In this document: one piece after another, positions 33,135 through 41,675 of the stretch | Numbering within the stretch: position 1 is the first letter of the stretch | How the letters are laid out: each line of letters starts with the position of its first letter | Assembly: GCA_964636935.1 (NCBI GenBank) | Contig: CAZWVS010000001.1 | Location: forward strand, 1-46,366 | Length of the DNA stretch: 46,366 nucleotides | Origin: an uncultured Clostridiaceae bacterium | GTDB taxonomy: Bacteria; Bacillota; Clostridia; DUPQ01 | Direction of reading: 5' to 3' | Made by a program: the position numbers and the translations under genes | Notes under the pieces: generated by a model | What the model was told of the DNA's origin: nothing | The model's input: the letters and a program-made list of their open reading frames with translations, nothing else | Databases searched by the model: none

Positions 33135-35411
33135 ATGAATAAAAAAGAGCTGGCGGAAAACATCATCCCCTTACCGAGAAAGATCAAGTGTTCAAGCGGT
33201 GTAGAATACAGTGTTTCACGCATCAGGGTCGAGATGCCCGGCGAAATGACGCCGCAGCTGGAAACAGCCGGCGAAATCTTATCCAAATTTACAATGCCGG
33301 GTCAGATACCCGCTGATTTTGTTATAAAACTCAAATTATTCAAAAAGAAATCCGATTCGAAATTATTGAAAAAATTGAAGAAGGCAAAAAACAAAGAGCA
33401 GGCCTATGTCATAAAATCCCGAATAAGAAAAGGCGTATACGAGGGTGTGGACCTGGCGGCATACGATGATACCGGATTGATTTATGCTGCGCTAACCCTC
33501 AGGCAGGCCGTGGAATTCAACGGCGACTCGGTGACAATCCCCGTGCTTGACATAGCCGACTGGCCGGAAATCCCTTTCAGGGGGCAATGGGGAGGGGACT
33601 CGAATTGCGACCTGTTCTGGACCCACCAATATAAGTTGAATGCGCTTGACGGCAAAGTCCGGGTTTTTGCCGATGAATCCGGCAAAGCGTGCGTCACACA
33701 CAATGAAAGGCTGTATAGGGATGCGGAAAAACTCGGAGTTGACATCATGGCGACAATCCCGCATCTTGAACAGATATCAAGAAGGGGGTTTTTGGAGAAC
33801 AGGCTGGATATACTGAATGTCCCCTCCGATGAAAGAAAAAACAGGAGCGACTATTTCCCGGGTTTGTGCATGAGCAAGAAAGCAACCGAGGATTTGATAT
33901 TCGAGTGGTTTGCCGGAATCGCTGAAAACAGCCATGTGAAAAAAATACTTGTCTGGCTGTCCGAAGAGTCCACGCCCTGCTACTGCGACCAATGCAAGGG
34001 GGCTGAACCTTATCAGCTTGAAACGGCATGCATCTTAAGGGCCTATCGGAGGCTTAAGGAGAAGAACCCGAAAATCGAGCTTGGAGTGATGCTGTCCCAG
34101 GGAAGTTTCGAGGTCACAGGGGAAATTGTAAAAATGATTCCCGAAGGGGTCGCACTTACATATTATGACGGTGGGAGAACTTACGACTCCGGGAAATATC
34201 CCATGATTTTACCTGAATTGACGGAATTTGCGGAAAAAGGCGGGAAACTGGGGGTGTATCCGCAGCTGACACACTCATGGAGGATGGTTTTCCCATGGAC
34301 GGCCCCTGCCTTTATCAAATACAGATGTGATGAATTCGCCAAAAAAAACCTTAACAGGGTCATAGGTTATGCGGTGCCTTCAAACAGATACCACGAATTC
34401 AACATAATGGCTTTTGCTGAGTGGCTATGGAATCCGAAAGGCAGAAAGAAATGGGATTTCGCTGCGGCTTATGCGAAAAACGAAGGGATATCCCCAAAAG
34501 AATTCGTCGATTTTTTGAAGCTGATTGAAAAACCCGCCTGGCAGCTGGCCCAGAGCAAATTACTGTTAAGGCTTTGTTACAATTATCCTTTGATTTTGAG
34601 GGGTAGGGCGGACATAGACGACCACCGTTTTGAAATGGCCGAATTGATACCCGTTAAAAATCCACAAAAGCTCCTGGATAAGGCGAAGCGGGCCGAAGTT
34701 GCCGCGAAAGGCTCCGGTTCCAAAGTTTTTAAATACGAGGCAAGATGTACGGCTGCCGGTCTGGAGGCATACATATGCATAACGGACTTTCTCTTGGAAC
34801 TTGAAAAACAAAGCATCGATACCGAAATGCTGATGGAAAGGTTCACCCGGCTAAGAAAAGCGGCGGCCATGATGCATAAATCAATAACAAAATGGAACAG
34901 GTCAATAATGCCGGAAGGCGAGACACCCATGTACCGTGTCGTGGACACGGCTATGGTGCTGTACAGGGCCCTTGACGGATTCAAAAGATACTTTGACAGG
35001 ACAGGCGTGAAAACGGATGACATGCATGAAACCGTGGAAGCGGTCGGGGAATGGGATGAAAACACCTTTGACGACAGGGGAAATGCGATTGTCGAGTTGG
35101 ATGTCACCGACTACATGCGTAAAAACGGCTTCGGCCGGTACAGCGTATCGCTGGATTTTGTCGAAAGCGATTCGGGAAGCGACATAAACAGTATCTGCCT
35201 GGTTGAAAGGCAAAGGGCGGGCGGAAGAAAAACCGTCGCCCGTTCGAATGCCGAATTAATGAGGTTGTCGGTCTGGAAGCCGTGGGCTGAATATCCGTTG
35301 AAATTATCGAAGATCAACTCAAGAAGCGAATACTTCCTAAGACTGGACATCACAGGCATACCCAAAGGCGGGGGGACCTGCAGGGGTTTGGCGGGCATTC
35401 GAAAATTATAG
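33135..35411 (+). CDS. putative glycoside hydrolase (GH20-like N-terminal/catalytic boundary; family uncertain)
   Basis: ATG at 33135, 6 nt after GAGGTG. 'IIPLPRKI...' followed by 'VLDIADWPEIPFRGQWGGD' resembles the domain-2/TIM-barrel junction of beta-hexosaminidase-like enzymes. 758 aa with no signal peptide. Confidence 0.45.
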   Translation: MNKKELAENIIPLPRKIKCSSGVEYSVSRIRVEMPGEMTPQLETAGEILSKFTMPGQIPADFVIKLKLFKKKSDSKLLKKLKKAKNKEQAYVIKSRIRKGVYEGVDLAAYDDTGLIYAALTLRQAVEFNGDSVTIPVLDIADWPEIPFRGQWGGDSNCDLFWTHQYKLNALDGKVRVFADESGKACVTHNERLYRDAEKLGVDIMATIPHLEQISRRGFLENRLDILNVPSDERKNRSDYFPGLCMSKKATEDLIFEWFAGIAENSHVKKILVWLSEESTPCYCDQCKGAEPYQLETACILRAYRRLKEKNPKIELGVMLSQGSFEVTGEIVKMIPEGVALTYYDGGRTYDSGKYPMILPELTEFAEKGGKLGVYPQLTHSWRMVFPWTAPAFIKYRCDEFAKKNLNRVIGYAVPSNRYHEFNIMAFAEWLWNPKGRKKWDFAAAYAKNEGISPKEFVDFLKLIEKPAWQLAQSKLLLRLCYNYPLILRGRADIDDHRFEMAELIPVKNPQKLLDKAKRAEVAAKGSGSKVFKYEARCTAAGLEAYICITDFLLELEKQSIDTEMLMERFTRLRKAAAMMHKSITKWNRSIMPEGETPMYRVVDTAMVLYRALDGFKRYFDRTGVKTDDMHETVEAVGEWDENTFDDRGNAIVELDVTDYMRKNGFGRYSVSLDFVESDSGSDINSICLVERQRAGGRKTVARSNAELMRLSVWKPWAEYPLKLSKINSRSEYFLRLDITGIPKGGGTCRGLAGIRKL

Positions 35412-35413
35412 TT

Positions 35414-37540
35414 TCATCCTCTTTTCAAAATCTCCCCTGTGGCGCTGTCGAGAAGCACGGTTTCCGCAGGAGTTAAATCGATGTTTACATTTTTGCCGTT
35501 TGTGAGGGTGACGGTTCGGCCGCCGCCTTCTTTTGTGTGAATTGAGATAAGGCCCATCCCCGATATGAGCGAGTCTCCGGGTCCGGTATACAGATGCACC
35601 CCGGCCTTTTTGAATATCTTTGCGAAAATTTCAGGCGTTGTAAAAGGAAGAGATGAAAACCATACAGTATGGTTTTCAGCTTTACGGCTCACCAGCGCGG
35701 GGGATTTCCTACCCTTTGGGATGAATATATCAGTTTCGGGAAATTCAGAAGGCGTCTTATACATCTTTTCATATAAACCGTGAAAACCGTATGTCAGATT
35801 TGCATAATTTATCGAAGGCGCGCCGCCATAGGTCTCCCTGTACAATTCGAACCCGGTTATATCGCTGACAAGGGAAATGTCGGAAGAATCGCCGTCCAGA
35901 TACCCCGGGGCATAAAACCAGATTATATGACTATCGCCGCCGTATGCCTTCTTTTTTATATAGTCGCGCTGTTTTTTTGTCAAAAGGAATGTGTTCATTA
36001 AGACTACGCATTTATATCTTGAAAGATCCGCTATTTCAATATCGCTTAGATATATGGCGTCGACGGAAGCTCCGCTCTTTAAAGCCGCCGGGTAAGCGAT
36101 ATTTATGCATGCGGCGTCAGTTATGGGATCCTTTTGGGAGTTCAGGGCGGTGTGCTTGAAAACCTGTGTGTCGAAGACAAGGAGGACATCCGAAGGGTTG
36201 GCATATTCCGCCTCCATATATTTTTCGGTAAGGTTTTTAAGGGATGCTATTTCGTCGGCATAATCCCTGTCGGCCCACCAGCCCGTAGTGTTGTACGGCC
36301 CGAAGTCGTAATACCACAATCCTCCGCCCTTTATAAGGGGGAACATGGTGTTTCTCCTCAACACCTGTTTCGATTCATATTTTTCAAAAACCGGCATTCC
36401 CCCCATTATTGTCCCTGTGTGCTCCGGCTGGTCCATTTCGTCAATCCACAATTTGCCATGCAAGAAGGCGGATTCGAGCAGCCCTCTGCTCGCGCCTGCA
36501 CCTCCAAGCGAACGCAGCTGCCCGTCATAGGCCTGCGGGCCGCACATACAGTCGACATATTCGCTTTTTAGTATGGTCTGTTCGTCGAGATGACCGCCCG
36601 CCGCGGAGCGTCCGAAAAGCGATATGTAGTAACCGTAGAAAGCGCCCGTTATTATTGGGGCAGGCCAGTTTTTCTTAACCGTCCTGCAAAAATGCACTAT
36701 GCTTTCAGAAACCAGGCTGTGCTGGCAGTCGTAATAGTCGCTCATATTTCTTTCCAGCAACGGGTCTCTGAAGATTCCGTCGCGGTTGTTCAATCTCTGA
36801 TCCATATCCGGCACACACGCTGTTTCTATTTTGACGTCTTTTCGCCCCCATGCCTTTTGAAGGGCCCTGTCGTCAAGATATTTCTTTATTAGATATTCAC
36901 TGAAGGCTTTTTGCATGCATTCCCCGGTGTCCGGCTCGTGTGAATTGAATGCCCAATAGTGATGCTCTCCGTAAACGCCGGTCGCCGGTTGAATCCCGGC
37001 AAGGGAGGCCGCTTCGGGAGTCGCAGACAGCTCTTCAAGGAAGAGCCTTAACATCCTGGTCGAATCCTCAAGCCATTTTTCCGAAGCGAAGCTGTGACGG
37101 TAAACGGGGCGCAAATCCTGGATGAGATATCTCTGAACTCCGGGAATGTCTTTTTCAGGCCCGGCTTTTGTATCAGCGAACCCGGTGAGCTGATCCGGAT
37201 TTTCATGATTCCACCATTTCGGAGGTGTCGTGTGAAAACGGAAGAAAACTTTCGCGTCACTACAGATGTCGGTAACACCGCGGATCTGCTTCCGGGCTAT
37301 GGTTATGTCGAAACCGCCGTCGGGAAACCACATGTCGTCCAGCCATATGTCAAGCTGGAAAAGCTTGAACCCCCTTTCGGCAAAACGCCTTATGGCGTCC
37401 GCCGGCGTCTCCTCATATGAGAGCCTTCCGCCGGGGCAGTCCGTAAGCGAATATATCACAGGAGCGAAATGCTCCCCGTCAATCGTTATGGTGGGGCGCC
37501 CCTTGTGCATCGTTATCCCCGAATCAAGCAGTTTTTTCAT
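35414..37540 (-). CDS. putative glycoside hydrolase (TIM-barrel + trimerisation-like C-domains, GH42-like architecture; family uncertain)
   Basis: 708-aa ORF with SD GGAGG 7-8 nt upstream. It is Trp/Tyr/Asp-rich and has patterns such as 'FKLFQLDIWLDDMW' and 'LWIDEMD', as in cytoplasmic glycosidases. It sits next to another GH-like gene. Confidence 0.45.
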   Translation of the reverse strand: MKKLLDSGITMHKGRPTITIDGEHFAPVIYSLTDCPGGRLSYEETPADAIRRFAERGFKLFQLDIWLDDMWFPDGGFDITIARKQIRGVTDICSDAKVFFRFHTTPPKWWNHENPDQLTGFADTKAGPEKDIPGVQRYLIQDLRPVYRHSFASEKWLEDSTRMLRLFLEELSATPEAASLAGIQPATGVYGEHHYWAFNSHEPDTGECMQKAFSEYLIKKYLDDRALQKAWGRKDVKIETACVPDMDQRLNNRDGIFRDPLLERNMSDYYDCQHSLVSESIVHFCRTVKKNWPAPIITGAFYGYYISLFGRSAAGGHLDEQTILKSEYVDCMCGPQAYDGQLRSLGGAGASRGLLESAFLHGKLWIDEMDQPEHTGTIMGGMPVFEKYESKQVLRRNTMFPLIKGGGLWYYDFGPYNTTGWWADRDYADEIASLKNLTEKYMEAEYANPSDVLLVFDTQVFKHTALNSQKDPITDAACINIAYPAALKSGASVDAIYLSDIEIADLSRYKCVVLMNTFLLTKKQRDYIKKKAYGGDSHIIWFYAPGYLDGDSSDISLVSDITGFELYRETYGGAPSINYANLTYGFHGLYEKMYKTPSEFPETDIFIPKGRKSPALVSRKAENHTVWFSSLPFTTPEIFAKIFKKAGVHLYTGPGDSLISGMGLISIHTKEGGGRTVTLTNGKNVNIDLTPAETVLLDSATGEILKRG

Positions 37541-37573
37541 TTAATCAAAACCTCCGTCGCATGTATCAATTCC

Positions 37574-37582
37574 ATTTTATCA
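37574..37582 (-). promoter_or_regulatory. candidate extended -10 promoter (TGATAAAAT on the minus strand) of the GH gene
   Basis: The reverse complement of 37574-37582 reads TGATAAAAT. It lies about 34 nt upstream of the ATG at 37540, and the -35 position reads only TTTTAC. Confidence 0.45.
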
Positions 37583-37600
37583 GAAACCCCGCCGCTGTAA

Positions 37601-37980
37601 AACAAAGGGTGCCCTAAATTTTAAAACAAGTAAAACAAGGGTGCCCTAAACAGAAATAAAGCTTCATGACGGGTAAAAAAGCGCTAAAAACAAGGATTGA
37701 ACAAAGGGTGCCCTAAATAGAAACAAGGTTTCATGCGGGCAAAGAGCGTTCTGAACGAGAAGCGAACAAAGGGTGCCCTAAACAGAAATAAAGTTTCAAG
37801 ACGGGTAAAAAAGCGCTAAAAACAAGGATTGAACAAAGGGTGCCCTAAATGAAAGCAAAGTTTAATTGCGGTAAAAAAGGCACTTGGAACAAGAAAAAAA
37901 CAAAGGGTGCCCTAAATAGAAACAAGGTTTCATGCGGGCAAAGAGCGTTCTGAACGAGAAGCGAACAAAGGGTGCCCTAT
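37601..37980 (+). repeat. tandem array: 7 same-orientation copies of AAAGGGTGCCCTAAA, ~66-bp units organised as a ~132-bp higher-order repeat
   Basis: Motif copies start at 37604, 37636 (AAGGG variant), 37703, 37768, 37835, 37902 and 37967. 37703-37780 is identical to 37902-37979 (78 bp). 37636-37717 differs from 37768-37849 at 2 positions. Confidence 0.9.
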
Positions 37981-38031
37981 AGAGGGCTAAAGAGGGGATT
38001 TGAATGAAAATGTATTAAGCCGAACAGTTCA

Positions 38032-38060
38032 TTGTAAAATGAGCTTTGATTTAATATAAT
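38032..38060 (+). promoter_or_regulatory. candidate sigma-A promoter of the cmk operon
   Basis: TTGTAA (38032-38037), 17-bp spacer, TATAAT (38055-38060). Confidence 0.55.
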
Positions 38061-38119
38061 GGTGTTAATATTTTAAAAAGACTGTAAACAGGGTAAGAAT
38101 AAAAACACATGGAGGGATT

Positions 38120-38782
38120 ATGACATTTGCTGTAGCGATAGACGGTCCGGCCGGTGCGGGTAAGAGCACCGCTGCAAAAATACTTGCGAAAAAGCTGGGC
38201 GCCATATACCTGGACACAGGAGCGATGTACCGCACTGTAGCCCTTGAGGCTATCAGAAAAGGCATCGATACAAAGAACGAGCAGGCACTAACCAACTTGG
38301 TTGAGGACATCCGCATAGATATAGATTTCAGTGAAGAGGGGCAGATGATATATCTTGACGGAGAACCTGTGAACGGGCTTATCAGAACGGCGGAAGTATC
38401 CATCGGAGCTTCCGATGTCGCCGTGTTCCCTTCGGTGAGAGGGAAGATGGTTGAGATGCAGAGGAGAATCGCTTCCGAGCAAACAGTCGTTATGGACGGA
38501 AGGGACATAGGCACATATGTCCTAAAGGATGCAAAATACAAGTTCTTTCTCACGGCAACGGTTGATGAAAGAGCCAAAAGGCGTTTCAAGGAAATGAAAG
38601 AAAAGGGGATCGAAGCGGATTTTGACCATATAATTAAAGATATAAAGTACAGGGACAACAACGATACAAGCAGGAAAATGTCTCCGCTTAAGCAGGCTGA
38701 CGATGCAATACTGATCGACACCACCAATCAAACCATAGATGAAATGGTGGAAGAAATGGCAGGTTATATAGATGAGGCATAG
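38120..38782 (+). CDS. cmk: cytidylate kinase
   Basis: 'IDGPAGAGKST' P-loop, 'YLDTGAMYR', 'VMDGRDIGT'; 220 aa. The fully overlapping antisense ORF was rejected. Confidence 0.93.
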   Translation: MTFAVAIDGPAGAGKSTAAKILAKKLGAIYLDTGAMYRTVALEAIRKGIDTKNEQALTNLVEDIRIDIDFSEEGQMIYLDGEPVNGLIRTAEVSIGASDVAVFPSVRGKMVEMQRRIASEQTVVMDGRDIGTYVLKDAKYKFFLTATVDERAKRRFKEMKEKGIEADFDHIIKDIKYRDNNDTSRKMSPLKQADDAILIDTTNQTIDEMVEEMAGYIDEA

Positions 38783-39383
38783 GCTTGCTCAAAGATTTGT
38801 GCGGTTCGTGGCACGTGTTTTCATACATTCCATATATTGGGTCAGATACAGAGGCGAAAAAAGGCTTCCAAAAGAAGGGGCGTATATCGTCTGCTCCAAC
38901 CACAGGAGTTTTGTGGACATACCGATCGTGGGCTGCATAGGCAGGAAGCGTTGGATGTATTTCATGGGCAAAAAGGAATTGTTCGAAAAACCTGTTTCAA
39001 GATTTTTCATGAATATAATGGATGTTTTTCCCATAGACAGGGGAAAGGGTGACCTTAAAAGCATAAAAACTGCGCTCAGGCATTTGAAAAATGGGCATGT
39101 GATTGTATTATTCCCGCAGGGGACAAGGGAAAAACCGGGACAGACATTACGGGCAAGAAAAGGCGCCGCCATGCTCGCTGCAATGTCGGAGGCTGAAATA
39201 ATACCGGTATATATAAAGGGCAAAATGAAACCGTTTCACAAAATCACAACATATATGGGAAAGCCCTTCGACCTGGGGCTCAAAAAAGGCGAAAGATATT
39301 CCATAGAGGTTTACGAGCAGAAGATCGATGAAATAATGAAACGTATATACTCCCTTGAGGAGGTGTACGGTATTGAAAATTGA
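38772..39383 (+). CDS. plsC: 1-acyl-sn-glycerol-3-phosphate acyltransferase (lysophospholipid acyltransferase family)
   Basis: 'NHRSFVDIP' (HX4D), 'FPQGTR', 'GAAMLA' acyltransferase motifs. Overlaps the cmk 3' end by 11 nt. Confidence 0.85.
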   Translation: MRHRLAQRFVRFVARVFIHSIYWVRYRGEKRLPKEGAYIVCSNHRSFVDIPIVGCIGRKRWMYFMGKKELFEKPVSRFFMNIMDVFPIDRGKGDLKSIKTALRHLKNGHVIVLFPQGTREKPGQTLRARKGAAMLAAMSEAEIIPVYIKGKMKPFHKITTYMGKPFDLGLKKGERYSIEVYEQKIDEIMKRIYSLEEVYGIEN

Positions 39384-41532
39384 AGTTGCGGACAGCGCAG
39401 GTTTTTGTTTCGGTGTTTCGGGGGCTGTTGAAGAAGCAAAAAGGATACTTGAAAATAACGAGATTGCATACGCAACCGGCGACATTGTTCACAATCCCGT
39501 TGTGATGAAGGATCTTTTAGGCCGCGGCTTGGTGAGGGTTGATTCCGTGTCTCAAATCCCCGAAGGGGGTCATTTTATCGTAAGGGCGCATGGAGAACCG
39601 CCCGAGTCTTACGAAATTGCAAGACGTAGAGGGGTAGTCCTGCATGATGCCACATGCTCGTATGTGCACAACATTCACAAACTGGTTCAAAAAATTCATG
39701 AAAAGGGTAAAAAAATAATAATTTTCGGTTCACCCGTGCATCCTGAAATAATAGGCATCAACGGATATTGCAACAATGAGGCGATAATCATAGAAAACAA
39801 GGAGCAGGCGAAGGAACTGGAGGCAGAGGGTTCAAATCTCTGCCTGATAGCCCAAACAACGGCAAATTTGAATAATTACGAAGAAATCTATAATATTTTA
39901 AAAGATAGATTCCCAAATATGGAAAAATTTGATACAATATGCAAGGCTACGCAAAAAAGACAGCTTGAAACGGTTGAAATGGCAAAAAAAGCTGATATAA
40001 TGATTGTCGTGGGCGGCAGAAACAGCTCAAACACGGGAAAGCTTTTTGAAATCTGCCGTCGGCATTGCGTAAAGACCTATTGGGTTGAAGAAGCTAGTGA
40101 ATTATCACCCGATATAATTATCGGGTGTAATTATATAGGCATAACGGCCGGGGCCTCGACTCCGGACCGGACTGTCAAGGAGGTATTGGAATATATGAGT
40201 GAAGAAGTAAAACAGGGATCGAGCACCGAGTTTGAGAAAGCCCTGGAAGAATCCCTGGTTGAGCTTAGGAACGGTCAGCTGATAAAAGGGAAGGTTATCA
40301 GCCTGAACGACCAGGAAGTGTTTCTGGATGTCGGCTACAAGATCGACGGTACGATAAACATCGATGAATTCCCGAAGGACGCAGATGGTAAACCGAAGGT
40401 CAAGGAAGGCGACGAAGTTGAAGCGGTGGTGTCCAAGGTCAAGGATGCCGAAGGCATTGTCTATCTTTCAAAGAGAAGAGCCGATGAGAGAAAGGCTTTT
40501 GACAAGGTGAACGATCTTTTTGACAACAATGAGACTTTTAAAGCAAAAGTCAAAGAGGTTGTAAAAGGCGGGCTTATACTGGATGTATTCGGAGTCAACG
40601 GGTTCATGCCGGCATCGCTTGTCAGTGACAGATTTGTAAGAAATTTAAATAAATATGTCGGAAGAAAGCTAAAAGTAAAAATAATTGAAAACGACAGAAG
40701 GCGCAAAAAACTGATTCTTTCTGCAAAAGCGGTCATAGAAGAGGAAAATGAAAGACTTGAAAAAGAAGTCTGGAGCAAACTCGAGATCGGAAGTGTCATC
40801 AACGGCCGTATCAAGAGCCTAACCAACTTTGGCGCATTTGTCGATGTCGGAGGAATAGATGGGCTCCTGCACATAACAGAGATGTCCTGGACCAAGATCG
40901 ACCATCCAAGCGACATGTTCGAAGTGGATCAGGATGTAGTGGTTTATGTTAAGGATTTCGACAGGGAGGAAAAGAAGATATCCCTTGGTTATAAAAGGGA
41001 AGAAGACAACCCCTGGTACGACGCGGAAGAGAAATACGCCAGCGGAAACATAGTTAAAGCGAAAATCGTAAGAATACTGCCCTTTGGAGCATTTGTGAGG
41101 CTGGAAGAGGGGATTGACGCCCTTGTGCACATATCCCAGATATCGAATAAAAGGCTCGCGACCCCTGATGAAGTGCTCAGCGAAGGCATGGAAGTCGATG
41201 TGGCTATTGTGGATGTGGACATTGAGAAAAGAAAAATCAATGCAAGCATAAAAGCTGTCAAGCCCATTGACCCCGAAGTCTCCGAAGAGGAAAAGGAAGC
41301 AGCTGAAAATGAAACTACGGGGTCCGATGAACAAAAACCCAAAAGGGCACCTAGAAAACGTAAAGCAAGCTCCAGAAGCGGAGACAGGCTTCCCACGAGC
41401 CACAAGGAAGATTTCAATAACACCCTTGGAGACCTTTTATCTGGTATTGATCTTGAATCTGAAGAAGCGGATGAAGACAAAACCACCGAAGAAGTCGAAG
41501 AAAAAACAGAAGAAACAGAAAAAACCGAATAA
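39373..41532 (+). CDS. ispH: bifunctional 4-hydroxy-3-methylbut-2-enyl diphosphate reductase (IspH) / ribosomal protein S1 fusion
   Basis: Probable TTG start at 39373, 9 nt after GAGGAGG. IspH motifs 'AGFCFGV', 'IVHNP', 'HPE', 'GGRNSSNT' in the first ~280 aa. Four S1/OB repeats follow ('G.LI.GKVIS', 'VKGGLILDVFG', 'GRIKSLTNFGAFVDVGG', 'AKIVRILPFGAFVRL'), then a Lys/Glu-rich tail. Confidence 0.9.
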   Translation: MKIEVADSAGFCFGVSGAVEEAKRILENNEIAYATGDIVHNPVVMKDLLGRGLVRVDSVSQIPEGGHFIVRAHGEPPESYEIARRRGVVLHDATCSYVHNIHKLVQKIHEKGKKIIIFGSPVHPEIIGINGYCNNEAIIIENKEQAKELEAEGSNLCLIAQTTANLNNYEEIYNILKDRFPNMEKFDTICKATQKRQLETVEMAKKADIMIVVGGRNSSNTGKLFEICRRHCVKTYWVEEASELSPDIIIGCNYIGITAGASTPDRTVKEVLEYMSEEVKQGSSTEFEKALEESLVELRNGQLIKGKVISLNDQEVFLDVGYKIDGTINIDEFPKDADGKPKVKEGDEVEAVVSKVKDAEGIVYLSKRRADERKAFDKVNDLFDNNETFKAKVKEVVKGGLILDVFGVNGFMPASLVSDRFVRNLNKYVGRKLKVKIIENDRRRKKLILSAKAVIEEENERLEKEVWSKLEIGSVINGRIKSLTNFGAFVDVGGIDGLLHITEMSWTKIDHPSDMFEVDQDVVVYVKDFDREEKKISLGYKREEDNPWYDAEEKYASGNIVKAKIVRILPFGAFVRLEEGIDALVHISQISNKRLATPDEVLSEGMEVDVAIVDVDIEKRKINASIKAVKPIDPEVSEEEKEAAENETTGSDEQKPKRAPRKRKASSRSGDRLPTSHKEDFNNTLGDLLSGIDLESEEADEDKTTEEVEEKTEETEKTE

Positions 41533-41555
41533 TTGAAATAAAAACACTATTTATC

Positions 41556-41582
41556 AAAGGACTGCGTGAGCAGTCCTTTTTT
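41556..41582 (+). terminator. rho-independent terminator
   Basis: Stem AAAGGACTGC / GCAGTCCTTT with a GTGA loop, followed by a T-run. Confidence 0.8.
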
Positions 41583-41675
41583 CTCGGTTAAAAGCGGAAT
41601 TGGACAAGGTAGGTATATTTAGCAGCCTGTTTTGTTATATAATGTCGATATGGGACAAATATCCGGGAGGTTTAT

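Noticed and set aside
37681-37700. cre (CcpA) site in the array 1 spacers (AAAAAGCGCTAAAAAC)
   Set aside because: Only the central AGCGCT matches the ideal cre TGTAAGCGCTTACA. The flanks are A-runs on both sides and are not palindromic TGTA/TACA arms.
37664-37800. Small basic ORFs inside array 1 (e.g. MTGKKALKTRIEQRVP* from 37666, MRAKSVLNEKRTKGALNRNKVSRRVKKR* from 37733)
   Set aside because: The start codon is lost in the duplicate unit (AAG instead of ATG at the equivalent position, 37797-37799). The motif is read in different frames in the two unit types, and there is no convincing SD. The conservation pattern fits DNA/RNA-level rather than protein-level selection.
37601-37980. CRISPR array interpretation of the ~66-bp periodic repeat
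   Set aside because: The conserved repeat is only about 15-18 nt, versus at least 23 nt for known CRISPR repeats. The 'spacers' are two alternating, mutually related sequences, one pair identical over 78 bp, and are not unique. No cas genes or leader are present in the window.
38065-38727. 220-aa minus-strand ORF exactly antisense to cmk
   Set aside because: cmk on the + strand has a P-loop and full-length family similarity. The antisense product is low-complexity Ser/Leu/Ile with no motif.
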